DNA of 64,000 nt. It comes from Haplodiscus bocki (taxonomy: Eukaryota). Position numbers and translations under genes: made by a program. Below, piece by piece: positions 13,877-25,200 of the stretch. The notes under the pieces were generated by a model. That model did not search any database and was not told the origin of the DNA. It saw only the letters and a program-made list of their open reading frames with translations. Position 1 is the first letter of the stretch, and the number at the start of each line of letters is the position of its first letter. The stretch spans positions 73,966,001 to 74,030,000 of the forward strand of contig OZ296648.1 of assembly GCA_965655095.1 (NCBI GenBank), in the 5' to 3' direction.

Positions 13877-14042
13877 CTTTATAGGAAACAGTCAAATTGT
13901 TATTTGACAATCCCAGGTGCTCACACTTCGCTTCATGTGACCAACATCTAGGGAGGGCAATCTTTTTCTCATTGATGTTCGGATACAATTGTCCGATTGA
14001 ATCTGTCAGTTGTTCGGATAAAGGACGCTTCCTGAATCCCAT
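13877..14042 (-). CDS. RANBP9: Ran-binding protein 9/10, first visible coding exon
   Basis: MGFRKRPLSEQLTDSIGQLYPNINEKKIALPRCWSHEAKCEHLGLSNNNLTVSYK(G) matches the LYP.V.....LPRSWS..K...GLS.NNL.V.YKG segment preceding SPRY. Donor GT at 13876-13875 joins in frame to the next exon over a 372-bp intron. An acceptor ttttAG (14050-14049) lies 6 nt upstream of the ATG. Confidence 0.9.
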
Positions 14043-14196
14043 TTGAATCTAAAACATGTTAAAAGTTTTCAAAAACCGAATTATCTGATACAAGAATACT
14101 ATATTCCTTAACTTTAAAAATCATAAACCCTGAGAAAATTGTTGTTGTTGGGAATTCGCAGCTATAGCTGCAGGGCTCAGTGCCCCAGTCGTCATT

Positions 14197-17060
14197 TTAA
14201 AATAATGTACACTTGTTGCGACACGTGGGGCAGTCGCAGGAGAGCTGCCAAGTGCACACGTTTGATTCTGAGTATATTTCATTGACAAATTTCCACATTA
14301 ACTTTAGAAGCCTGTTCTTCAGTCCTTGCGGGTTTAAGAAGTCGATATAGTCGTCCAATCGATTGACGAGTCTGCAATTTCTGAAGACGGACTCGCTTCT
14401 TGCTTTCACTGTTCGTGTCTTCCAAAGTTTGAAGATTTCACTTTTTCTTCCTCTAATTTCGGGTCTCTCGGGTAAGCCGAAGCTGGTTCCAATTTTTTCG
14501 TGTGTGATTTTCGATAACAGCAGTATATAGTTAAACTGTAGAAACATTGGTAGCGGCAGGATGTTCAGGATTTTCAGTTGGCTTCGATAACTCATTGTCT
14601 TATTCCCGGTTATCCCTCTCAATACCTTCTGGAAAACTTCTAGTAGGTGGAGATCTGCTCTTGATGCAAAGACACATGAGAAAGCGACAACAAGACTGGC
14701 AAGATGAGAGACTTGTGCAGTCCTAGTTTTACAAGTGTCTGCACTTTCAATGCAACGTTTCTGCGGAGAAGGTATAGCACTATTGGCTTTCCTCAATCGC
14801 TCTTCGATGTGTATTTTCCAGGTTAGATTATCCGGGACATGGATGCCGCGATCTTTCACAGTCTTTGAGTGATCTAGTTTTTGATCTATGATGTTGAAAT
14901 TTCGATCACCGCCTCTAAAGGTGATTTTCGTACACTTGTCAATGGTAAGTCCCATTCTGTTCTTTTTGACCCATTCCTCAACCGTATCCAGATCATCCTG
15001 TTTTTCCCAGTATGATTTTTTTGATTGGCAGTACGTTCAAGTCGTCTGCAAAGATGAATGGCTCAGAAAAGGTTAGAACTTCCGTTAAATCGTTTATAAC
15101 TATGCAGAACAGCAACGGGCCAAGGAGCGACCCTTGGGGTACTCCACTTGTAACATCAAGAGTTCTGGAGCTACAGTTGTCGATTCATACAAACTGCTTG
15201 GGATGTTCAAGGTAGTTGATCAGGATCTAAAGTAGACACCCGCCTACCCCCACCCCCAATTTAGGCGACCTTTTGGATGAGTTCATAATGTGGCAATTCA
15301 TCACAGGCTTTAGAAAAGTCAGTGCAGAAGGCCACAATTTCGGAGTTTGGGTCGCTGTCCAGCGTTTCATGTATCTTTTTGAGAAAGAACATATTTGAAA
15401 GAACGGATCTGTGCTTCACAAACCCGAGTTGTTGTTTGGCGAGATAGAAGGTGAAGTGGTTGTAGAGAGCTATATAGATGCAATTTTCAAAGATTTTGCT
15501 TTCGATGTGCAGCAGAGAGACTGGTCAGTAGTTACCGATTTTTCGTCTATCCCTCCTTTTGTGAATTGGCGTAACTGGAGCCGTATTCCAACTATCCGGA
15601 ATTTTTCTTAATCTTTTAATGTTCTTGAAGAGTTTGTTCAGAAATTTGCTGATTTCTCTGGACGTCTTCTGAAAGAACGCTGGAGGAAGGCCATTCGGCT
15701 CACGGGATTGTTACATCAATCTGATCGACCACTTTCTGGATTTTTCGGTTCGATATATTGAAATTTGTCAAAATAGGATTCTCGCTTTCAATATTGGTTA
15801 TGTTGAACTTCTGTTTGGGCGAGAAAATTGATTGGAAGAATTCATTCAGCATGCCAACTTGTTCATTGAGATTTGTGCTGCTGACGTTGCAGCTGATCAT
15901 CATTTTCGGTAGGCTGGGCGATTTGTTCAGGCATTTCAAGTGCTTGAAGATCGCATCAGTGCTCCGTGTGTTTAGCAGCTTTTCTTGGTACTCTTTCCGG
16001 TCTTGCTATGAAGAATCAGTTACAGGCTTCTCTAGCTTTTGAACTTGTTGCTTCCGGTAACTGGTGGGCTTTCTTTCGAGCAAAGCTTTCTGCGTTTACA
16101 GTTTTTTCACATTAGATGTGTGGCTGGTAATCCAAGGTGCTAGAAATTGTCTGTGCCGTATCTGTCTGGGGACATTACCCTCTATCACTTGATCGAGATA
16201 CTGGTAGAGTTCTTCGCACATTTTGTTAATGTTCGTGTGACAAATTGGTTGGAATGGATTGACTGCAAGGCAGTTGTTGATGCCTTCGTAGTCCGCATTT
16301 CCAAAACTTCTGAAGTTCTGGAGTGCTGGTTTACTTTCGGTGACAGGACATTCTAACGTGGTGTGGACTGCCTCGTGGTTTGTGATATCGTATAGAATGG
16401 AAAAAGAAACAAAACAATTTCGGTAGAATTCTACATCTCGCATGTTCTGAGAGCAGGTCGGGAAATCTGTGGCTTGTCTGAACAGAGCTTCTTCAACTAT
16501 TTCTGGGATTGAGATCTCTTCCCCGCTAGAAAAGCTGTTTGTCTTCCAGTTGGTTTCGGGGAAAATCAGGTCACCACAGATTATGGCCGGCTTGCTTTTT
16601 GGAATGTTTTCAAGGAGTTGCTGGAAATCTTCCACGGAGTAACGATATGAACTGCCTTTGGGGGTGGGGGGTTGTAGAACGCACAGAAAACTACTTCCGA
16701 TGTATTTAGTTTTATTCTGCAACCTAGGCATGAGTCGGGAAAGGGCGTTCTAATTTGCTCAGAGATGAGACTATTTTCGACAGCTATTAGTGCGCCACCG
16801 TGAAAGTTTTTTACTCCGTCTAGTTCTGTCTTTTCGATAGCTGCCGTAGTCTTTCAGGAGGAGTTCTTGATATTTTGATACAGGAGGATAATTGATATTT
16901 TCATATAGCCATGTTTCGCATAGACATCACGTTGTAGCTCGATGTCAATACTGCATTGGAAAACTTCATTCGCCTATCTATGTTAATGAGACTCCTGGTG
17001 TTAAATTGGAGAATGTTGAGAAAACCCAGTCAGTCGGACTTGGCTCCCTCGGTCTTGATT
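14197..17060 (-). pseudogene. LINE ORF2 (APE endonuclease + reverse transcriptase)
   Basis: ORF pieces 16096..16731, 15700..15939 and 14197..14955, plus the intervening RT motifs, broken by frameshifts and stops. Confidence 0.9.
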
Positions 17061-17169
17061 TCCACTTTTTTTCCTTCATTGAACAATTCGAGGTTGCAGA
17101 TTTTCAGCTTCTCTGCAAGTACCCCTTGATCCAGGAGTTCCCTCCTTATCTTCAGAATTAGATTTTCCT

Positions 17170-17927
17170 TCAGAGCATCTTCATTCGACAGACCAGGTAA
17201 TATAAACACTTTTTTGTTTCAACATTTCCCGATGTTCATGACTTTTTGCCAACGTAAGGCGTGCTTCATGTTCATTTGGCAATGTTACCAGCAGCGTTCG
17301 TAGTTTGTTCCGTTCTCCCTCAAACTTTCCAAGTCTTCTGAGCTCGACGACGCTCGTTTTAACTGCCATGGTGTCCAGGATATCGTTCACTTCGGCATTT
17401 TTCGGGACAAGATTTTCTCCATTGGTTTTACTGTGGTCCACTGGTACCCCCTGAACTCGCTAGCTTTGGCTGATGTTGTGATTGGTTTTTCCTTTGTTAA
17501 CATTCTGTGAGGCATTGGTGTTACCTGTCTCCGTGGAATTCTTCACGGCAGCGTATGCTTTTTCCACTTTTTCACAGGTTGTTTTCATAGCTTCACCTAC
17601 TTTTTAATCCACTAAGTTAGTCAATCTTTTCTCCATGTTCTTCAACTTGTCACCCACATCAAGGGTTGATAGTTTCTTCGAGAGACTCGCTAGCGCTCTG
17701 CCTCGTATGAAATTGCCACGTTCATTATTTTCAACGCATTTTTTGCACAATAGCATTACGTTCACTCCCAATTCTTTAATGCCACTGATGGCTGCAGTTG
17801 ACAATGCGGTGCATTCGGGGGTAAGATGCATGTGGCAGTTACAAGAAACGCACATGTATGTCTCTTCAGTACTAGAAATGGACTTCTCGCAGGTTTTACA
17901 ATTTCTTCCCTTGGTTTCAGTTGTCAA
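17170..17927 (-). pseudogene. LINE ORF1: PHD finger, coiled coil, RRM-like C-terminus
   Basis: CKTC...CVSCNCHMHLTPEC...CKKC (C4HC3 spacing) in 17604..17927; VVELRRLGKFEGERNKLRTLLVTL in 17181..17441. Confidence 0.8.
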
Positions 17928-18051
17928 TTTCTTTTCTTTTGGTCTGTGCCAAGGAACCTAATCACTAGCAATTCGGAAAAGAAAAAAAAATGTTGACAAC
18001 TGGGGTTTAAGGAGCAAGATGTTTAAATTCTTCGACTTACTCAGATCGATT

Positions 18052-18631
18052 TCAGGCTTTGATTCTTTGCTTTTGAGATGGGCTCTGCTTCTTCTTGATG
18101 GTCGTTTTCACGTTGCTACCGTATTTTCGAACAATAGTCAATGTCTTGATTTCGAGAAAGGGTCGTAATAGAAGTTTGCTATAACTTCTCAGGACTCTTT
18201 TGTCTTTGCTTTTCCGTTTCGACAGCAGATCTTTAACAATGTGCAATACAGGGATTCCAGTAGCTTTCAGTTCTTTTTATATGTCTGGGGCGACTCAACA
18301 TACGCAGTAAACAATCCCAACAACTAGTTGCAGCTTCAAAACTTCGTTCCCCAGTACGTTGGCAGTCAGGGGGGTTCGGCGATCGCTTGGGGGGGGGGGG
18401 GGTGGGGTGCGTGAGGGATTTGTTTATTACGTTGCTCCAGAGGATTTTTTGAGCAGAAAAAGGTAAAAACTTGACTCTTCTCTGTAATACTTTTGACTTA
18501 TTTGCAGTTTGCGGATGAAGATTGTATCCGGGTTTCGTGATCATTTGCTTCGAAAGACGCAATCGTTGACTGATGTTCCTCCACTTCTCCAGAGAGTGAT
18601 GTAGAGAGCTAGCACCAACAACAATTATCAT
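18052..18631 (-). pseudogene. Extra upstream LINE ORF, SGNH/GDSL esterase-like
   Basis: MIIVVGASSL (block I-like), KPGYNL (block II-like), ILWSNVINKSL (block III-like), with a basic C-terminus in 18052..18246. Disrupted at the poly-G run ~18389-18402. Confidence 0.5.
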
Positions 18632-19019
18632 ACCAAAGGGCCACCACGGCTGCCTTGGTATTTCAGACCCGTTTGCAGGGTAGATCCGTTCGGTCCAGCC
18701 TGGTTGATAGCCGTTCCGAGCGAAGACCTCAATTTCAAATTATAGGAACAACAATTTCTTTGTCGCTCCGCTTAGGAGCCAAGGTTTGTGAAAACCATCA
18801 TTGTCGTGGCGGTAAACTTGTCCGGAGAATAGACACAATGGTCTTTCTTGCACCTGAATTGCTGGAAGATTCTCAAAGCATTACAATCTGAAAGAGCGAC
18901 ATAAAAAAATGACACACGACCGACACCCGTGAATCATATGGGGACCCGTGAGTGTTTCAACAGTTAAGTTGCTTCCCCATAACGCTAACAGGTGTCGGTC
19001 GGGTTATCTTATTTCAAAA

Positions 19020-19400
19020 ATCACCCTTGAATGTTTCAATCAAGTAGGCTTTGAGATCGATCAAAGTCATTCATTCTGGAGACTATAAGTATGACGCCAG
19101 CTGATGGAAAGCGTTCTGATGGAATTTATTTCAAGCCATGTGATGGGAGTAAGGAACTAGTTTAAGACGTAACTTGTTTTAGTCCTTCTCGAGGAAAAAC
19201 TGTTTATACAAAAATCTGCAACCACTCAGGCATTGAATTAAGTTTGCTAATAGCACAAAATTGATTTTACCACTGATGAGACTTGTGGTGTCGGAACTGT
19301 TTCAATTTTCCCATAACTGTCTATTTATTTCAGTGATTTGGTTGCGGAAGGCTGGCTCCTCCTGTACTTGAAAATACCAATGGACTTGATGAACTATTTT
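19020..19400 (+). mobile_element. Fossil of a CRE-type (restriction-like endonuclease) non-LTR retrotransposon 3' domain
   Basis: LNVSIK*ALRSI then ILETISMTPADGKRSDGIYFKPCDGSKELV*DVTC fits the RLE pattern LN..IK.AL...LEP...DGKRPDG...PW..GK.LVWDVT. Confidence 0.65.
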
Positions 19401-22239
19401 CAACTTAGTTTAGCGAAGGGCTCGTGTTTCAACTGCTTAAAATGCTTTTGATGGTCGTAATCGTTTTGCATTTTCTACGGACTTCTTTTGGTGCACTGAC
19501 AGTTGAAGAAACGTTCAATTGAAGCTGGTAGTCCGAAAAGACTAATAGCATGGTCGAAAGCGGTGAAGTAGCTTCCAAAATGATTAAAATGCAAACGCTT
19601 ACAGAAATCTTGTCTGTAACTCAAACGCATTGTACTTTTCCTGTTAGCCGCGTGAAATTTGTGTCGCAGTTTATAAATTAGCTCAGTCCCTTTCTAATCC
19701 AGGAAGGCACATTGGTGTACTCTGAAACATCTTCTGCTTTACCTCACACAAGCATTAGCCCTATTTCATGAGCGTTCCAGAAACTTTTTGGATCTTTCGA
19801 CTCGCACTAGGCCACCAGTTATATCTTTGATTCAGGTCTTGATTGGTTATCCCAGGAATACAGTCTTGGAGCGCGGAAAAGTATATCCGAGCTAGGGTCA
19901 CAATCTTAGTCTTTGGTAAGTTAGATAACATACCATGGAATTATTGCTTCACTAATATTCTGAGGACGTTATTTTCTCCTGGGTTTCCTTTATCATTAAA
20001 AAAACATGATGAACAAATTATTTACATGATTTAAAATTCGCCATTAAAGTTTTGAGGTAAAAAATTCGGAGTCCATTCCAAGTTCATCTGTCCTAAACTG
20101 AAGCATTTTGTTTCCAGTACAAGACACTTTCTCCCTCCAAACAATTCCCGCCTGCTGAAAGAGGCCATCATCTTGTTGGAGGAAACTGAAGTCAATGTTG
20201 CTTTAATTGACTGAAAAGATCAAGTTGAAAATGTCAAATGGGACAGAAGGAACCATGAAAAGCCAGATAAAACGCAGAATATCTGGAAGAATGATCCAAA
20301 TTGAACAAATGAAAGTCAGCCAGCACAAGTTTCCACTCGCCCAATAAATGTCACTTCAGCGTATCGTGAGAAAGTTAATTGCTGCAGTCCCACATTAATA
20401 TTGTTTTTGTGCTTGGTCACGAATGCACTACTATTGAAACCTAAAATAGAGAACGAATTACATCGGAACCAGTTTAAAAATTATGAATAAGAAAGTGGAC
20501 CAAGTCAATCAAGCACTGATGGATGTTTCAATGGTCTCATGATTACCTTGAAAAAAGAAAACAAAAGGTTTTCGTGAAAACTTGCGTTGAACAAGTTGAA
20601 AAGTGCCATATCTACAAGAGTTAATCCATCAAGGGCTTAATCAATGACAGAGTCAGCTATCAACTTGTTTTTTTTAATGAAAATGAGAAAGATTTGGTCG
20701 GAAAAAACGGAATCGACCTAGTAACATTCCTACACCATTAAGTGGGTCTGCAATACGAGAATCTGCCATACGGATGATTAGTTCAACAAATTTCTTCGAC
20801 TTGGAGAAGTTACTATATCTGCGATTGGACTCTCAGCAAATTGATTTTTTCCTGGAAAATGGATGTATTTTGGCCACAAAAACTACAAAAACCAAGGTGA
20901 TAAAAGTTTTACAAGCAACGTCTAGATTAGTTTATCGAGTCCGAGAGTTTCAAATGTGTCATATTGGTTGCAAAATCACACAATATTGGTTAGGTTTCTC
21001 ATAGAGTTTGAGTCACGGCAGGGAGAGAAAATAAAGAGTCATAAACGTTACTAGATTTTTGATTCGAGAAAATTACATAGTTTTGTAACAATAAAGGATG
21101 TGGAAGTCTTGTTCAAGCACAGTATATTGGTATTGAGTAATGGTTCCTTCACGGTTTCCGGTCTATGCGGTATCGAATTGAATTGCGTTCAGTGAACGTA
21201 TTTCTCAAGAGGCTTTAAAAAACTCTCCGTCAGTTTTGGTTCAATATTCCATCACAAACTGTGTTGAAGCGTCTTGGTATAACGAAAGGACTCGGATGTC
21301 CACGGCGTTTGCTTTGGCTTCGTCTTGACTAGCTGCGAAAGCCCCACGAAACCACAGGAGTTGGCGCTACCTAATGCGACGTCTACTCGCCAGCCAATGC
21401 AACAAGGCTTACACTAGCACCTTCTTTTTGTTGTGTGCGTTGCAACCAGATTGAGGGCACAAGAAATTTGATGTTTCAGTACGAAATTATTAGGATCATT
21501 TTGTGATTATTGAATCTAGAGATCACTTTGAAATTACTTCCCAGTAGTAACAAAACAAAAAGATTTGGGAAACCAAGGACTCGACAAATTGAGGAAACAA
21601 AAAGGAAAAAGTAGATTGCACAGTTCTGAGAAACCTTGAAATATTCTCTAGATGACAGGTTTCATTGTAATGAAATATAGAGGAAATGTACCAAAAACTC
21701 CACACTAAACTGTTTTTCGTTCAGCAATAATCATTACTCTGTTCAATAGATAATATCGCTTTCCTCGCGGAGATCGTTAGGGTTCTTCGAGGGCTCATTA
21801 AATAGTGCCTTTTGACTTTTGAGAGAAGCTGAAACACGGTTTTTTAGAGCACGTTCAGAATCCCGACTTTTTTGGTATTCCAAATTTCGAGGACGAACAG
21901 ATGAAAGCGACAAAAAAATGAGCAAAGTTGTTAAAATTTGAAAGTGTAAAGTCAAGGAACCTGTTTATTAGTGTTCAGTACAGCTGATTTCCAAGGCATT
22001 CATTGCGAAGTTTTAACAAGGTTGCTGTTTTTGTCAATCTCGGCAGTTTGTTACTCCCGGGAAAAAAATTGAAAGCTGCAAAATAACTGACGAAACATGC
22101 TACAAATTCATATTGTACGTACCGTTATCCCAAGTTACAGAGTTTACTACTGCTGTCAATTAGATTACCTTTTAACAAATATGAGTAAATTTCCCGCAGT
22201 TTTTTGCAACGTGAGAATTGTTTGAAAAAGGAATCAGCA

Positions 22240-25200
22240 AGGGTCTGAACAAAAGTTTATGGTCAGTTGAAGGTTTTAACGCAGGTAATTTAATCAGAAG
22301 TGCCTAAAGTCACCGATAAGTGTAGTCACAAAACACCACTAGAGATTTTGATATTTCGGGCAGTTCCGATTCTCTCAGAAGAGACGAAAGAAATCGAACT
22401 GAAAAAGAAAGGAGAAAAATTGCTTCAATCAAGTAGTTTAGGGGTCGGCGGTTTGATGAAATTGTTCATTCTTGCTGCTTTTTGAAACTTTCTCTGGTTT
22501 TTAAGTGCATATTCCAGCAACCTCGGCACTCTGACACTCCTTGGTAAAAATTCGAAGACAACAGAAGAATTTGACGATAACTGTTGAAGTTCGAGTTAAA
22601 ACAGTGGGATGATTAGTTAGTTTTTAGCGGCCGTTAGGTACAATATTTAATTACAACTACGATGTCTTCTTCACTGTGAGACTTGTACACAAACATAAGA
22701 AATCAACAAGAAAATGTCAAAAGACTAAGGCCACTTGAAATTTTAGTGATGCAATTTGCTCAGCATCGTTGAAAATCTCTGATAAGTCTAATGTTCAAAC
22801 GAACATTTGAGATGCCATAGTCTTTCCGGTACTTCCGGCTCTGTTGAGTCGGATGGAAAAAAATTGTAGAACTCAATGAACTGAACGCTTCCATTGCAAT
22901 GTGAAACTTCAAGTGTAGTAAGTTACCCTTTTAGTTTTTGGTGTTTAGCGGCGAACGAAATCATAGTGTAAGTTCATGGGATTGTGATTTTTCCTACAAT
23001 TTTGATGCTGTAAGTCTTAATGCAGAAAAGTTGACTATGGTAAAAAACCTAAAAACAACTTGCAACGTGAACTTCCAAGATTAGAGAAACTGCTTGATAG
23101 AAACTTTCGGCTGAGAACTGTAATCTACAAAAAAATATAAAAAACTGTAATAGTTTCGGAAAATTCAGCTCACTGAGAAAATTTGTCGATTGTGTGAATG
23201 TTCAAAGAAAGATTGTTTTTTTCCACTTAAATGTTTAGCGTAAGGAACTTAATAAAATGTGTTCCTTTCTGCTGGTATTTTGAACGCTTATTGTCTTCTT
23301 CACAAAAAATGTGCAGTTTTCCACAACTTCGGCAAGAAGAAATTCTTTGAGAAAAATCTGGAAGCCATAAAATAGAACGATGTGGAAACTTGTAACAAAA
23401 CTTGAGCGTAGTTTTTAGGATCCTAATTCTGAGACTTAATTACAACAGAATCTCAAGTTGAAAACACAATAAACTTTTGCGCAGTTTTGGTCACAGAAAG
23501 ACTTGATAGAAGAATTATAAAAGCATCGAAGAATTGAAAAACACTTTTTGCCTGTTGAAAGTTCCAGAGGGTCTGAACAAAAGTTTATGGTCAGTTGAAT
23601 GTTTTAACGGAGGTAATTTAATCAGAAGTGCCTAAAGTCACCGATAAGTGTAGTCACAAAACACCACTAGAGATTTTGATATTTCGGGCAGTTCCGATTC
23701 TCTCAGAAGAGACGAAAGAAATCGAACTGAAAAAGAAAGCAGAAAAATTGCTTCAATCAAGCAGTTTAGGGGGTCGGCGGTTTGATGAAATTGTTCATTC
23801 TTGCTGCTTTTTGAAACTTTCTCTGGTTTTTAAGTGCATATTCCGGCAACCTCGGCACTCTGACACTCCTTGGTAAAAATTCGAAGACAACAGAAGAATT
23901 TGACGATAACTGTTGAAGTTCGAGTTAAAACAGTGGGATGATTAGTTAGTTTTTAGCGGCCGTTAGGTACAATATTTAATTACAACTACGATGTCTTCTT
24001 CACTGTGAGACTTGTACACAAACATAAGAAATCAACAAGAAAATGTCAAAAGACTAAGGCCACTTGAAATTTTAGTGATGCAATTTGCTCAGCATCGTTG
24101 AAAATCTCTGATAAGTCTAATGTTCAAACGAACATTTGAGATGCCATAGTCTTTCCGGTACTTCCGGCTCTGTCGAGTCGGATGGAAAAAAATTGAAAAA
24201 CTCAATGAACTGAACGCTTCCATTGCAATGTGAAACTTCAAGTGTAGTAAGTTTCCCTTTTAGTTTTTGGTGTTTAGCGGCGAACGAAATCATAGTGTAA
24301 GTTCATGGGATTGTGATTTTTCCTACAATTTTGATGCTGTATATCTTAATGCAGAAAAGTTGACTACGGTAAAAAACCTAAAAACAACTTGCAACGTGAA
24401 CTTCCAAGATTAGAGAAACTGCTTGATAGAAAATTTCGGCTGAGAACTGTAATCTACAAAAAAATATAAAAAACTGTAATAGTTTCGGAAAATTCAGCTC
24501 ACTGAGAAAAATTGTCGATTGTGTGAATGTTCAAAGAAAGATTGTTTTTTTCCACTTAAATGTTTAGCGTAAGGAACTTAATAAAATGTGTTCCTTTCTG
24601 CTGGTATTTTGAACGCTTATTGTCTTCTTCACAAAAAATGTGCAGTTTTCCACAACTTCGGCAAGAAGAAATTCTTTGAGAAAAATCTGGAAGCCATAAA
24701 ATAGAACGATGTGGAAACTTGTAACAAAACTTGAGCGTAGTTTTTAGGATCCTAATTCTGAGACTTAATTACAACAGAATCTCAAGTTGAAAACACAATA
24801 AACTTTTGCGCAGTTTTGGTCACAGAAAGACTTGATAGAAGAATTATAAAAGCATCGAAGAATTGAAAAACACTTTTTGCCTGTTGAAAGTTCCAGAGGG
24901 TCTGAACAAAAGTTTATGGTCAGTTGAATGTTTTAACGGAGGTAATTTAATCAGAAGTGCCTAAAGTCACCGATAAGTGTAGTCACAAAACACCACTAGA
25001 GATTTTGATATTTCGGGCAGTTCCGATTCTCTCAGAAGAGACGAAAGAAATCGAACTGAAAAAGAAAGGAGAAAAATTGCTTCAATCAAGCAGTTTAGGG
25101 GGTCGCCGGTTTGATGAAATTGTTCATTCTTGCTGCTTTTTGAAACTTTCTCTGGTTTTTAAGTGCATATTCCGGCAACCTCGGCACTCTGACACTCCTT

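Larger units (their letters stand above)
14139..19005 (-). mobile_element. Near full-length CR1/L2-group LINE (upstream SGNH-like ORF, PHD ORF1, APE-RT ORF2), frameshifted
   Basis: ORF2: APE (NTRSL, GGALIAV, IICGDL) and RT (YRPVSLL, GFVKHRS, SGVPQGSLLGPLLF, FADDL). ORF1 has a PHD finger. The 3' UTR has stem-loops and a (CAA)4 tail at 14139-14150. The 5' end is approximate; no TSD found. Confidence 0.9.

Noticed and set aside
18371-18420. G-rich tract with G-quadruplex potential
   Set aside because: Mostly a homopolymer expansion that frameshifts a LINE ORF; no evidence of function.
18914-19004. Functional tRNA gene, or HDV-like/hammerhead ribozyme
   Set aside because: No anticodon stem or TTCRA loop; no P2/P4/J4-2 elements and no CUGANGA-GAAA core. 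Kept only as an unclassified structured candidate.
21280-21425. GC-richer patch as a SINE or the first RanBPM exon
   Set aside because: No clear A/B boxes or tail; a donor-like GTAAG is present but cannot be linked to the gene without transcripts.
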